A DNA stretch of 58,171 bases, filler included, from Sphacelaria rigidula (taxonomy: Eukaryota), in NCBI GenBank assembly GCA_964200075.2. It is 5 parts of 5 records of this genome, joined end to end, with 100 filler letters (N's around TTAATTAATTAA, not from the genome) between each part and the next. Parts side by side here need not be neighbours in the genome. Positions count along the whole stretch, not along the records: positions 1 to 11,555 come from CAXNAA020004790.1; positions 11,656 to 23,209 come from CAXNAA020004791.1; 3 more parts are not named here. One strand, 5' to 3'. The position numbers and the translations under genes are program-made. The notes beneath the pieces are model-generated. The model saw nothing but the letters and a program-made list of their open reading frames with translations, did not search any database and was not told the DNA's origin. This document shows positions 1-11,805 of the stretch, one piece after another. The stretch's first letter is position 1, and each line of letters opens with the position of its first letter.

Positions 1-456
1 CCCCCCCCCCCATCCCCCCTCCCCAAAGGGATGCGGGGTCAATGGCAAAACCACAAAAGAAAACAAAAAAAGAGGCCCCCCCCCCCCCCCCCCCCCCATC
101 CCTCAGAAATGGCGACCGGCCTCTGCAAAATGGCTTCGGTATAATAGCGAATATACTATGATGAAAAAAAGTAAGTCAAGCACCGCACAAGGTGGTGTAC
201 AGAAAAACTCTCCTGTCCGCGTAACCTTTCCTCCTCTGTGCATACCGGGAGGCCATCGCCTAGAAGCAGATATCCCAAAATGACCTCACCCTCCTTGTTT
301 TTACACCACGTGGACTTAGCCTCAGAGCAATGCTACGGTAGGGGTGCACGTTTTGCGCAAAATATCGTTTAGTTCAGCGGCTCCTAATGGTTCTAGATAC
401 GCAAAAATGGAGATGAGGGCATCCCCGTTTGCAAATTCATTCGGGATATTATCTCT

Positions 457-790
457 TGCACGTCGGAATAAACAACGTTTTCGTGAGATTGAGAGTAAAG
501 TGCGAATTGAGAGTGGCTTTGGTCATTTGCTTTAACTTAGCCAATTTTTCAATTCCGTGTGTGCTCTTATTTGCCCATATCACTGCCGTGTGCTGACAGC
601 TATACGTCGATATCCTACTCAGGGATATCAAGGGCTTCAGTGGCAAGCTTCTACAGAAAGAATATCGGGCCTCGTGGAGAGGCATTTCGGAAGTGAAACG
701 ATCCATTCACTGATTGGCAGCTGGTCACTCTCGATTGTATGCTTTACTCTCAATCTCACGAAAGTACTGTTAATAGTGATTCCGGCACGC
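457..790. repeat. Inverted repeat with 22-bp perfect core (479-500 / 742-763) and ~205-bp spacer
   Basis: TTTCGTGAGATTGAGAGTAAAG pairs with CTTTACTCTCAATCTCACGAAA; imperfect pairing extends inward to ~517/723 and weakly outward. Confidence 0.75.
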
Positions 791-3700
791 TGTCACATAA
801 TTCATTAGTCGTGTTTTGGATGAGATAAAGGGCTCCTAACAATTCTAACCGCGGAAACTATTTATTATGCACCCCTACTGTAGCATCACTCCTCAGACAC
901 CTTTTAGCCGAAAAAGTGCACGTCTACGGTCGCATTATTACTCGCCATTAAAGTCGCGAGAACGTGCATGCAGTCAGTCGATGACCCTGTGTGTGTGTGC
1001 ATTTGTTTGGAGGGTCGAACGCAAATACTCGAATCTCCTTCCATATCAAACGGATTTGTCTCAAACAGTAGGGGTGTACCGTTATTAAAAAAGAATCAAA
1101 AGCCCGCACACGTCGGGCAGATCATGATCCGTCTGAAAATTGCTTCCTCTCAGCGTATTGATCCGGATCACTTGGCGCCCCCTATCTATGTTTGCTCCGA
1201 ACAGCGCCGGACGCTAAGCACGCCGAATAGCGCAAAGATTGCGCTTTCGCTTCTCTGACCCCGTGGTCACATATTTTGTAGAGAGCTCGGATATGGTACC
1301 AGTCATAACCGGCCATTGTCATTACAATGGCAATAATGGTATTGGTTATATGAAGATATTGAATAATGATTTCATATCATTATTTATCCCTGCCGACTTT
1401 ATAAGCCGCTACCGGCTACGTATGCTACATACAGCACACGGAATATAAATCACGGTCGATAACGACTTTTTTTAAGGGGGTGGTATCTCAGGGAAGAATC
1501 ATAGTAGAGTGTAAAATCAAAATGATTGCCTCGACGAATAAGATACGGCCTTGGTATGCAAGGAGCGTCGGAGCACACGTTAATGCTGTGTGCACATCAA
1601 GATCGCCGTACACACAGTAACTTCAGTGTACTTTCAGTGGGTGCTCGGAAGTGATGAAGGTTCGGTCGATCCGAGAAAATACACAAAACATGAGAACGTG
1701 CTACTCTCTGTACCGTATAGTCTATACCTCAACGTTTTTTCTTTTCAAAGTAAAAACAATAACGCAAAACCACATTTTTCAAGTAACAAGCTTTTTCGCC
1801 GCCAGGTTGAGTGTCTAGCATTTGTTTGAGGGTGGCGTCACTGCTCTATTATATTGATCGGTTTTTCATTCTCGCTGTATGTAGTTTGCCTGTGACGCTG
1901 TCTTGTTCCTACAGCTACACGTCGTCGTCCTACTTAGCTAGGGAGCTTGAGTGGCAAGCTACTATTTTAGAAAGCTTGCGACCTTCCCGAGCTGACTATC
2001 TCTCCCGCATTCACATCACAGCCCACTTGTTCCCACAACCATCGGGCGCTGTCTATCCACTCCGAAGCAAGACCTATTGTACTAGAGTTCGAATGGAGAG
2101 AGCCATGGCGTCTGTCTCCCCCGAGAGGGTCGATCCTCGGGGGCACATTAGCGATCTTGAAGGCTGTGTCTTTAAGATCTTTGGCTTCAACACATGGCAA
2201 AAGTCACTCTGATCTCAACATTCGATAAATTGCGCATACTAGTATATTATTAGTAAAATTGTTGGTCGAGTGAGATCCGGGCGCGGGGTGCATGGTGGCA
2301 CAGGGGACAAAAAAACAGTAGCCATCCCCGAGGGGTGGATTTTACTGTGAATTGGCGGTGGTATCCACCGTTTTGGCCTGTGGCGTGCGAATGGCAATAC
2401 TTTTGGATTATATGTAAGTGCTCTTGGGATATCACGCCCCCCTCTCCCCGCCCCGCCCGCCCCCTCTGGAACATGACTACACTCAGGTGGTATTGACCAT
2501 TTTGGCGTGTTTGACGCACGAACGGTGATGCATCTGAACACACAAACGCACCGATAGAACGCGTGAACAGCGATATTATATTTCTTCTAGACCCCTCATT
2601 CCCCCCCACCGGCGAGTGTTTTAATTTTCTCAAATAAACTGCTCAGGGCCCGTCGGTCCAAGTGCTGACACTTCATTTATTTGGCGTTTGCGAAGTCGGG
2701 TTTCACCCGACCGATGAGCCATGCCACGGTAGGGTTTGCACGTTTAGGCCCGGATCTTTATCACTGAGGGGTTTCTGAAGGTAGGAGTTACACATCAATA
2801 TCGGTCAGCACGTTCTTCTTCTAGAATTCATTCGAGATCTCACGACAACAGTGCGTATTGCACGTGTGGCTGCTAGTATGTGTCATCATCCACATTTCGT
2901 ATGACCCTAGGTAATGGACACATTGGCTTGCAAAACGGAGATTCCATGATGTAGACGGGTTTACAATGGTTACACAACGCCAGGTAAAGGCTGAAGACGC
3001 GCGCGTTCACAACCCCAGTTGTGTTATATACACAGGTTGGTCGACTTGTCCATGACCCACCATAACGTACACGAGAGGCGTGATGAATAATAATGGTTGA
3101 ATGTGTACCAGCGACGACACATTTGCAGGCTCTACGCGTCACCAATCAACTCCAACAGCAAAGAAGGGGGCGTGCCCTGGAAGTCTGGCACGCATATCAG
3201 AAGAAAACATGGAACGGAAAAGAGGTGGACACGATTGCACTTCCCATAGGTCGTCGTATGAACAGGGCGACGACATCTACCACAAACTCACACGTGTGAT
3301 TATGATACCAGAGATAACCCACGCCGAACCAACGCCATTGCCATTCTTGCAGCCGCCCGCGTCCCACACTCCCACCCCGCCAAAAACCGGCGAGGGACGC
3401 TGACATTACGACAACTCTGGAAAACGTTCGTTTTAAGGGAAGTCCAGCATGTACCAATGTACACTACCAATCCAAGGGGACACACACGTGAGAAGTGCTT
3501 AGACACTGATGTGCGTCTACGTCAATGCTATCCACCCAACGACATTAACAATGTAGAGGTGGACACTGGATACAAGAGCAACAGCCAAAAATTGGTTCAT
3601 TTAGGCCAAGACTGGCCCATTTACCGCGGATTCTATGAACATACCGTAACCCCTGCCCCTCCTCCCCTCGGGGGGCACACTGTGCTGATTTTCAAGCCAG

Positions 3701-4254
3701 CCAAAGATGGAATTTCTGTCCCTGGGCATGCGACATACTGCGTTCCAAACATGTTTCGAGATTTCGTGTTTGGGCTTCTTGCTTCTGCATCAATATTGTA
3801 TACTTCAATGCATCAAGCAAACCAGGAGGATTCCATCTGTGTCGAGCATTCCTGGTCCGGGGACCAGCCTCGGCCGTGGTCTGGAAGAAATCGAGACAGG
3901 CGATGTTTCTCTTTTCCTCCTTCGAAATGACGTGGGTCAATACTTCATATCATTCATGACCAGTCCTCACCCTTCCCATTACAGGATAAGTGTAGGGTAC
4001 ATGAGCAATGAAGCGAAACGCACCCTCCCCTCCCCAACCCCGCTCCCCCCTCTTGCCCCTTCCCGGCAAAAAACGATGAGGGAGAGAGAAAAGCAACGTG
4101 GAGAAACATGGAGAAAAATTCGCAGTGGATAACGTTGTGATTGGATCACCCGTAACACAAAACAGAACAAAACCCGGAGGGGGAAAACAAAGGGGGAAAC
4201 GTTTCACTATATATATAGTAGCACATGAACCTAATTCAAACGACTAAAACCCCG

Positions 4255-7200
4255 TTAGATCGGCGGTGGAGTCGGCGCGGGAAAGAAGGGCGAGTTGATA
4301 TAAACTTCCCAAGCCACTAACGCAACAACACAGCACCACGTGGCTGTCTTGAGCGCCTTAACGACCGGGCCTTCCTCAAACGTCTCTGCCTTCCTCTTCA
4401 AGGCCGCCTCTTTCTCCCTGTCTACTAACGGGGACAGCTTCGAGTCGATATTCTGGAGAGGCGAGGTTCTCTTCTCCGGGGAAACTTCTCCAATGGTTAA
4501 CCCGACCGCCGTTTTCTTCGTGCGCTGTTCAAACGTTTCGGCCTCTTCCCTTTGCTTGGGCACGTAATCTGCGAGATCTGGAAGATCCATCTGTTCATCG
4601 AAATTGGGGAATGCAGTGTCAACGTCGTACGTGGGTGAAACCACGGGCGGGGAGCAGAGGGGCGGTCAACACAAGATCCTAAACATGAATGAGCAGGACA
4701 AGTCCACCGAGTCATTCGGAAAAATGAGGACAGACAAACTTCAGTCCCGCACGCTAGTGGAGGAAGATGATGAATTATGAAAATACTACAAGGGCGCAGA
4801 ATTCGATTTGGATTTCAGCCCGTATCCAGGCTTGTGTAAAGCGACTACTTGGATACGTTCCGTCAGATACTTGCGGGAAGATAAAAAATGCTCCGCTATG
4901 AAGCTGCCCACTCTTCTTGCCCCTCGACTGCCCAGGTGTGGAGTTAAGCGCTGGAACCTTTGAATACGTGTTTTAGATCGATGCATGGAGTCTAGAATGG
5001 AAGGGCGCCAGTTCGGGGGAACCCCAGCACCTTCAAGCAAATGTGCATTACTCGTGTGTCACCGATTTGATCGAGTCCAATAATGCAGCGTTGGTCCCAT
5101 CCATGGAGAGTGGAGATCCAAGCTCCCCGCACTGACGAAGCGGAAGGGGCGTCTTTTGTGGCCGGTGTACGGTTCCGCACCTGCACATCTTTGGCGGCTC
5201 GAGTACGGTCGACAAAGGGGATTGCGTGCTGCCCGGGGGTCGTCCCTGACATGTTTTTGAAGGCGGCGGTCACGGAATGCCTGCGGTTGCAAGTCCACAG
5301 CTGGTGGAGGGATCCTAGGGCCGAGAGCAGGGGCTACGGCAACGCAGGGGATTGAATCTTCGTTTACACCGAGGACCGCAACCAGTTGCGAGGGTGATGT
5401 GTGTTGACTGATGTCGCTCAGGGTAAATAGACGTTTCGGTCCTACAGTGCGGTTTGCTTCCTTTGTTCGTCGTGCTCCTGTAGCGTTTCGAGTTGCAGGC
5501 AGTCAGGACTTTTACAAGATTCCTCGTGAAAGTTCTGACTGCCCGCAACCTGAAATACTACAAGAAGCCGAAGAACAACGTAAGTAAACCACACTGTAGG
5601 ACCGAATCGTCTATTTACCCTGAGCAACATCAGTCAACACACATCACCCTCGCAACTGGTTGCGGTCCTCGGTGAAAACGAAGATTCAACTCCCCGTGTT
5701 GCTGTAGCCCCTGCTCCCGGCCCTAGGATCCCACCACCAGCTGCCGACTTGCAACCGCAGGCAATCTGTGGCCGCCGCCTCCAACAACATGCCGGGGACG
5801 ACCCCCGGGCAGCACGCAGCCCGTTTGTCGATCGCCATGGAGCCGCCAAAGATTTGCAGGTGCGGGACCGTACACCGGCCGCAAAAGACGCCCCTTCCGC
5901 TCCGTCTCCTGCTGGAAGCTCGTCGAATGTCGAGCAGTCCGCACCCTCTCCTAAGGCGGACCGTGAGGTTGTGGTCGACTATCTCCGCAGAAACAAGATC
6001 GGCTTTGGGCACGCATTTACGGGAATCTGCCGCCAACGTGGCGGCACTCGCTGTCCCTAGACTCGCGACATCATCGCGCCGGCCCACTGCAGTCAAGTCC
6101 CGGCCTGCCGTTGAGTCGTCATTCCCTAAAAGCGACTCGCAGCCGTCACGGAGTCCTAGTACCTTGCCATGCTTGACATGGGGTTGATCGGAGAAAGCAG
6201 CGATGCTGAAGATCAAGAGGAGGCAGAGGGCTACGGTACCTCGTCTGCACCGTCCTTGGGCAACAGCCACGACGAATGAGGAGACGCCCCAGGTACGATC
6301 GACCTGGGGAACCCGCGAGAGACAATGACGGCAGCAGTCCAGCACCTGACACGTCTAGCGAGTCTTTCAGCCTATTTTGCCGATAGTAAACAAAGCACCA
6401 ACGCAATCTCTGGATCTTCGGAACTGCTCTTCAGAGGTCACTCTGGTCTTCGGCTTGAGTAAGCCTGTCTTGATTGCAGCAGACTCTGCCTTTAGGTACT
6501 TGCGTTTTGCATGTGCTGTGTTGGTACATTGCAGTACACGCATACAATCGGACTCGAACAGATCGGTTATACATGAGAGATGCACACTGGCTCGGTAGTG
6601 CCCGGGCGCCCATCAACTGGCGTCCTTTCATCCTAGAGTACATGCATCGATCTGAAACGTGAGTGTTGGTACCCATGGTGCAAACAACCGTGCTCGTTAC
6701 CTTTCCACTTTTATTCGGTGGGGTAGAAAAAATCGGGTATTTGGCGCTTCCCCATGTACAACTGGTCATTTTCGTGTGTAGCGAATCTTGATTTTTTATT
6801 ATTCCGATCCCCGTGAGACAAGATCAAGATCGGAGAGATAACAACGCATGGTTGATTGCACCATGGAAACCGAAAAGCGTTCGAAGATTTGAGCTCATAC
6901 TGTCAAGACCGGGATGGGGAAAATGTTGAGGGATTCCAGATTTTCTCGTCTGTTTTCCTTCCTAGCACCAGCTTGTGATAGGAAGAGAAAATAAAGAAGG
7001 CATGAAGGTGGATGAAACGTAGTTCCCAGGATTTAGAATCAGCAACAAAATATGTAACGACCCGTGTGCCGTCAAGTGTTGGGTGAGGTTTCCTCTCTCC
7101 CTTCGAAGAAAAAAAACAAAACGGCTACCCTGCATGCTGCATCCTCCTTGCTTCAAACGATTGATCATCCGCCAGCTGGCCCTCTGGAAAAGCCGCACCG

Positions 7201-7897
7201 GACGATTCCAACAGCGGCAACTCACTGTTGTACACAGCCCTAGTGTGGTGCACGTGCTTTTTGTAACCACTTGCCCTAACCCGTCAGTGATGGAGGGTAT
7301 TACGATACCGCAGCGCCGACCTACCTTGGACTTGACCATCCCATCGTTAGCCTGCATGCCGGACCAATCATCGGTGAAGAGATCCGTCACCGGCCTCATC
7401 CCCTGCTGCACCTCTACGAGCGCTCTCGTGGCCTCGCCCCTCTCCTTTGCCTTGCTTTCATCACCGCTCGCCGACTCCGGAGCTTCTCCCTCAGCCTTCG
7501 CGGAGGGCGTAACCGCTGCCGGTTCTGGGGGTGATGGAGCAGATTTGGCGCTCTCTTTGTTATTGTCAGAGGGTGGCGTTGAAGGTGTGTCCTTTCTTCG
7601 CCGTCGTTTTTTGGCGGCTGCAGCCATCACCACAAGACCCGAGTTTGTGCGGGTGTGCAGATGAGTGTGGCAAAGTCGGCGGGACAGGGAGGTTACTGCT
7701 GTTGTTGTTGTGCTGTCATGCTGTCCAGGCGCTGCTGTCCCTCTTGTTCTTGTGCACCTTCTGCTGCCAAGGCGGGTCGTATGTAGTTGTTGTTGGGAGG
7801 GGATTGTGTTGTACAGGGATACTAAGAAACCTTCGGCACCGTGTGTGAGGCAAGACGTGATTGAGGCCACTGCCAAAAGGGTCCTTGTGGAGTGCAT
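4255..7897 (-). CDS. Two-exon hypothetical protein (~302 aa), probably plastid-targeted, with a C-terminal transmembrane helix; exons 7897-7325 and 4590-4255
   Basis: Exon 1 (573 nt, phase 0) starts MHSTRTLLAVASITSCLTHGAEG-F (signal peptide plus Phe, then an R/T/S-rich transit-like segment) and ends KSK|gtagg. Acceptor gaacag|ATGGAT continues in frame as MDLPDLADYVPK...TATWCCVVALVAWEVYINSPFF to TAA at 4257-4255. Confidence 0.75.
4971..6657. mobile_element. Palindromic (foldback-type) insertion in the intron of the 4255-7897 gene
   Basis: Inner arms 5134-5519 and 5522-5906 are reverse complements (about 84% identical over a 118-nt segment aligned by hand) with essentially no spacer. Outer arms 4971-5082 and ~6546-6657 also pair (TTTTAGATCGATGCATG...CATGCATCGATCTGAAA). 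CGTG flanks both ends (4967-4970, 6658-6661). Confidence 0.75.
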
Positions 7898-8128
7898 CTT
7901 CCGTTGTCGCAGCAGCAGGCACCGTCGTACGGGAAGCTAGGATGTGCTTGCAAGTCGCTGAGGGAAAGGTTGGGCAATCATGATCCCTCTCATGAGCCGC
8001 AAGTCATGTTCCAAAGTGTACCGCATGAGATTTAGTCATCATCGCCGATAGAGTGTTGACCATCAAGATAGGTCGATCAAAAGTATGTAATGAATTCTCG
8101 TCGCGGTAGACACCGACTGGGTCCTACC
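7898..8128. promoter_or_regulatory. Short head-to-head intergenic region, probable bidirectional promoter
   Basis: Only ~190-230 bp separate the ATG at 7897 (-) from the ATG at 8090/8129 (+). Promoter function is inferred from geometry only. Confidence 0.5.
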
Positions 8129-8236
8129 ATGCCTTGCACATGTCGATGGAAGCGGTCTCTATTGTGCAATCTTGTCTCTCTTGTGGTTTTGCCAGAAACC
8201 GTGAAAATTGCCACAATAACAACAGCAAAATCAACA

Positions 8237-8267
<31 letters not shown>

Positions 8268-10934
8268 CAACCCATCACCACCACGCCGCGGCATTCCAGC
8301 TCTCCCCACAAGGTGGCGACCGCCGCCATCACTGGCCGCCTCGTCGACGACGCACGTACTCCTCTTACATTCATGGGATTTTTTTTCCAGGACAACCACT
8401 TTCATCATCATCATCAACACTAGTCTCAGTCTGGACATCCAGGCCAGCTGGTACGCAGCAGCTGAGGGCAGTCGAGCTGGGCAAGACAACTGGTGACGGA
8501 GCTGGAAGATGGGAAACGGGGGGACTACCGAATTTAGAAGGAGGCGCAGAAGAGGGGAATGATGTAGCAGTGCCGCTGCGTTCGATGATGGATGGTTTTG
8601 GGGGTGTGAAGCGGACGCAGAATTGCATAGATGTGGAGAGGGATCTTCGAAATGCGGAGCAAAAAAAAGGTGCCAGAAACGTGAAAGTGCCAACTGAAGG
8701 ACAATATCCAGTACTTTGTACTGTATTTCAGGAGGCAGGATCATACGTCGCACTGCACAGCCCCGGGGCAAAAAGGGCAGGCTCTACCTTATGCTACGTA
8801 TGCGATACCGGAAGGGCCGCTGCGGCATCATGCGCAACGGGACAGATGCAGCCAGTCTGTTCATTCCACTTTATAGCACAATACTGTATCCAAAACCGAA
8901 ACGTTCATGTACAAGGCTAAAGTACTCAAAGGTTGTTGACAGTCTACGCTGTTTTCTACACACATGAGCGGGTCATGGTTTACGATAGCACGGCTTCTGG
9001 GTGTTTGTTGAGCTTGAGCCTTTCACCGCGAGGAATTTTTCGGATATATTTCACATGCCGGGGCGTTAATTTTTGGTCACACCTCTATCATGACATAAAC
9101 ATGCATAAGGAATTCCAGCCCTTCGATTCCTTCTATGTGATTTACCAGGTCCAGCTTGCACTTTCCGCCACAGAAGCATCTTTGAACGGAGACCCGCGAC
9201 GAAGAACGACAACCACCAGCGAGGGAATTATTTTTCGGTCCAATTATCACCGTTCCTGCCGAATACCCTCCGCCCACCCCTACCCCTCTCTACACGGCTG
9301 GATGCCTGGGGGGTCAGTTAAAGTGCGACAATCAATAAAAAATGAAAAAATAAAACGCGATAAGTGATGCAGAGCACTTGCCTCCAAGCGTACTCGTGAA
9401 ACAAATATCCGACATCCTCACTTTTTTCTCATACCTTACCCGCCACCGCCCCCACTCACCCTAACAGAAAAAGAAGCGGGTGCCGTCGACCACCGGGCTA
9501 CAAGTGCATCTCGCCCCTCATGGCGTGCATGTGACCTCAGCAACACCTTGAGACCCGGCGGTAACGCTACTTCTACAAGTGGTAATGCAACTGCTACTGC
9601 GCAGCATGGTGAGCTTGTTTCCGACGATATTGTTGGGCGTTGGAAAGCACTTCCTGTGTTCAGCGAAGACGCGGCGACGGCGGCGGCAGCTGCGGCGGCG
9701 GTAGCCGCGGGGGCGGAGGCAGGGGACTCGAAGGAGAAGATGGGAACCTTCGATTTTGCCCCTCCGATGACGGTGCAAAAATACAAGACAATGCAGGAAA
9801 GACGGGTGCTTGTGGTTATCAAATGTGAGTTATGTCATGATGCGGAAGAGCGCGACAGCGACCGAATGCCACCTTGCAGCACGAAAATTAGTCGATTTCG
9901 TCCACGTTCAATCAACAACACAGTCTATTCTACACTGCGAACCCGCTTGTAGAATATACCACCTATAGCCCTGTCGCTCTGAGGCAAAGATTCTGCGCTT
10001 ATGTTGACTGTCCCGCGCCAACGCAGCGAAGTCTTGGCATTCTAGACTTCACCATTTATTCCTCCCCTCCTTATCGTCAGAGTTACGTGCAGTACACAAA
10101 AAAGTGAGGAAGGGGACAGGATCAATGTGCTAGTAGAGGTTTTTCGTAAAACCACCGCCCGTTTTTTCCAAGTGTTTGCGTATCAATTGTTATATTCGGG
10201 GTAATGTCTCAGATGCAGTGATTCGTGTGTTGTTCCCCCCCTCGCTCTGTTTTTGCTTCCTTTTCCCTGTTTTCTTGTAGATACCGGCGGGGGCGGTTTC
10301 AAGCGTTACTACGAGGAGATCGTCTGCGTCCTCAAGAAGCACTTCCCGGACGTGCGTATAGAGAGGGAAATCATAGAGGTAGGTGTCTTGTCACTAGCGC
10401 TGCCAAGGGTCCTTCGCTACTGTTGAGTTTCGTGGAGACTTTGTAGTCCGTTTTCTCATACATATTGTCATCTGGGAACAATTCGCCCGTGTCTTTTCCG
10501 TCGCGAAACCAACATTCTCGGGCAGCACCTATTTCGAGTACCCACTGCGTTCGACGGCATCTCTGCACACCCAAATTACTGTTCACTGATTGATTTTGGC
10601 TTGTTCCTTCAATCGTTGGGATGTGCCTGGTTGCGTTTTTTTTTTTTTTTTTTTTTTTTTTTCATCTTTTTTTCCACTCTTGCTTCGTGCTCGTGTGACT
10701 CTACCCAATGGCGAAGCCCCTGCATTTTTTTATTTCGTTCTTTATGGTCAAGGCAGTGGCTCATGAAGAAGTCGGGTAAATAATTCCTGAAGATAAGTTC
10801 CATGCCCGTTGATGCGCTCACAGGGTTCAACCCGAGAGGAAGAAGTATTCGAGATTTCAGTCGACGGAAAGCTGGTGTGCGCCAAGCGAAGAGGCAAGGC
10901 GGGAGTGTACCTGCGCATGGAAACTGTCGGCCAG
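8129..10934 (+). CDS. SelW/Rdx-family (thioredoxin-like fold) domain protein with a long N-terminal extension and no redox motif; exons 8129-8669, 9468-9824, 10281-10378, 10824-10934; last exon not identified
   Basis: All GT-AG junctions keep frame. The spliced C-terminus RVLVVIKYTGGGGFKRYYEEIVCVLKKHFPDVRIEREIIEGSTREEEVFEISVDGKLVCAK matches the SelW/Rdx pattern (V.V.YC..UGY...L...FP...FEV.V.GKL..SK). Alternative ATG at 8090. Confidence 0.75.
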
Positions 10935-11555
10935 GTGCGTGTCTATGTCTATGTCTCTGTGTTTATGACGGCCCTCTCACAGCACAGGATTAAGGTACCA
11001 GAGTTGTGTGATGCATTCGAATGCAAACCACTATCTCATGGTACCCCCCTTGCGCACCCAGTTCATCTTCAACATCATTTTCTCAAGCTGTGTCCGTCAT
11101 GACTAGTAGTCAACTTGGCTTGGTTAACATAAATATCCGTCGGAGACCTTCTTCATGTTTTGCCAGCCGTTGGCATATACCGTGAATGGCTCTGAATAGC
11201 ACGATAACTCATCACCCAGGGGTTGTATTCAGGACGGGGTAGGGGAGACGTACTCATTTGTCGCTTGCCTTCGTCATTTGACTATTTACCACGCATCCCC
11301 TTTCGAGACGGAGCACCGTTCTTTTTCCTAATAGACACCTCCAACATTTGGGCACTTATTGCTGTTCTTCCCATGCACGATACAGTAACCTGTTACATAT
11401 CTTATCCTCTTCCTGCTTCGCCGTCTGTGGCCATCATCTTCCTCCTAGTATAGCGACCGTTTTCTTGCTACTATCTAATGGGGGGGGGGGGGGGGGGGGG
11501 GGGGGGGACCTCTAACCAAAAACCCGCCAGGGGCCCCCTTTGCCCGCGAACTTTT

Positions 11556-11655
11556 NNNNNNNNNNNNNNNNNNNNNNNNNNNNNNNNNNNNNNNNNNNNT
11601 TAATTAATTAANNNNNNNNNNNNNNNNNNNNNNNNNNNNNNNNNNNNNNNNNNNN
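11556..11655. other. Artificial contig linker (N-run, TTAATTAATTAA, N-run); identical linkers at 23210-23309, 34864-34963, 46518-46617
   Basis: Palindromic six-frame-stop 12-mer embedded in Ns; linker starts are exactly 11,654 bp apart. Confidence 0.98.
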
Positions 11656-11805
11656 GATTGATTCGTACGATTCGAATCAATTGTACTAAAATCAATTAAT
11701 TTCCAGACGACTCATTTTTTGTCCGACCCTTGAAATGTTGGCCCAGATGATGTGTCTTGCGTTGAGCATCTGCAGGCAGTCAGGGGGAAAATCATTAGCC
11801 TGACC

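Noticed and set aside
1960-3930. Short ORFs and weak inverted similarity between ~2290-2340 and ~3660-3730
   Set aside because: No motifs or splice chain; similarity too short to define an element.
5749-6462. Decayed ORF reading outward from the palindrome centre (transposase or viral gene)
   Set aside because: Five internal stops in about 238 codons and no recognisable motif; not distinguishable from chance without a TBLASTX or profile search.
10281-11500. Selenocysteine codon and SECIS for the Rdx-like gene
   Set aside because: The Sec-equivalent codon is GGC; no in-frame UGA, so no SECIS is expected.
11600-11611. TTAATTAATTAA as a biological motif or piggyBac target
   Set aside because: Always centred in N-runs; synthetic linker.
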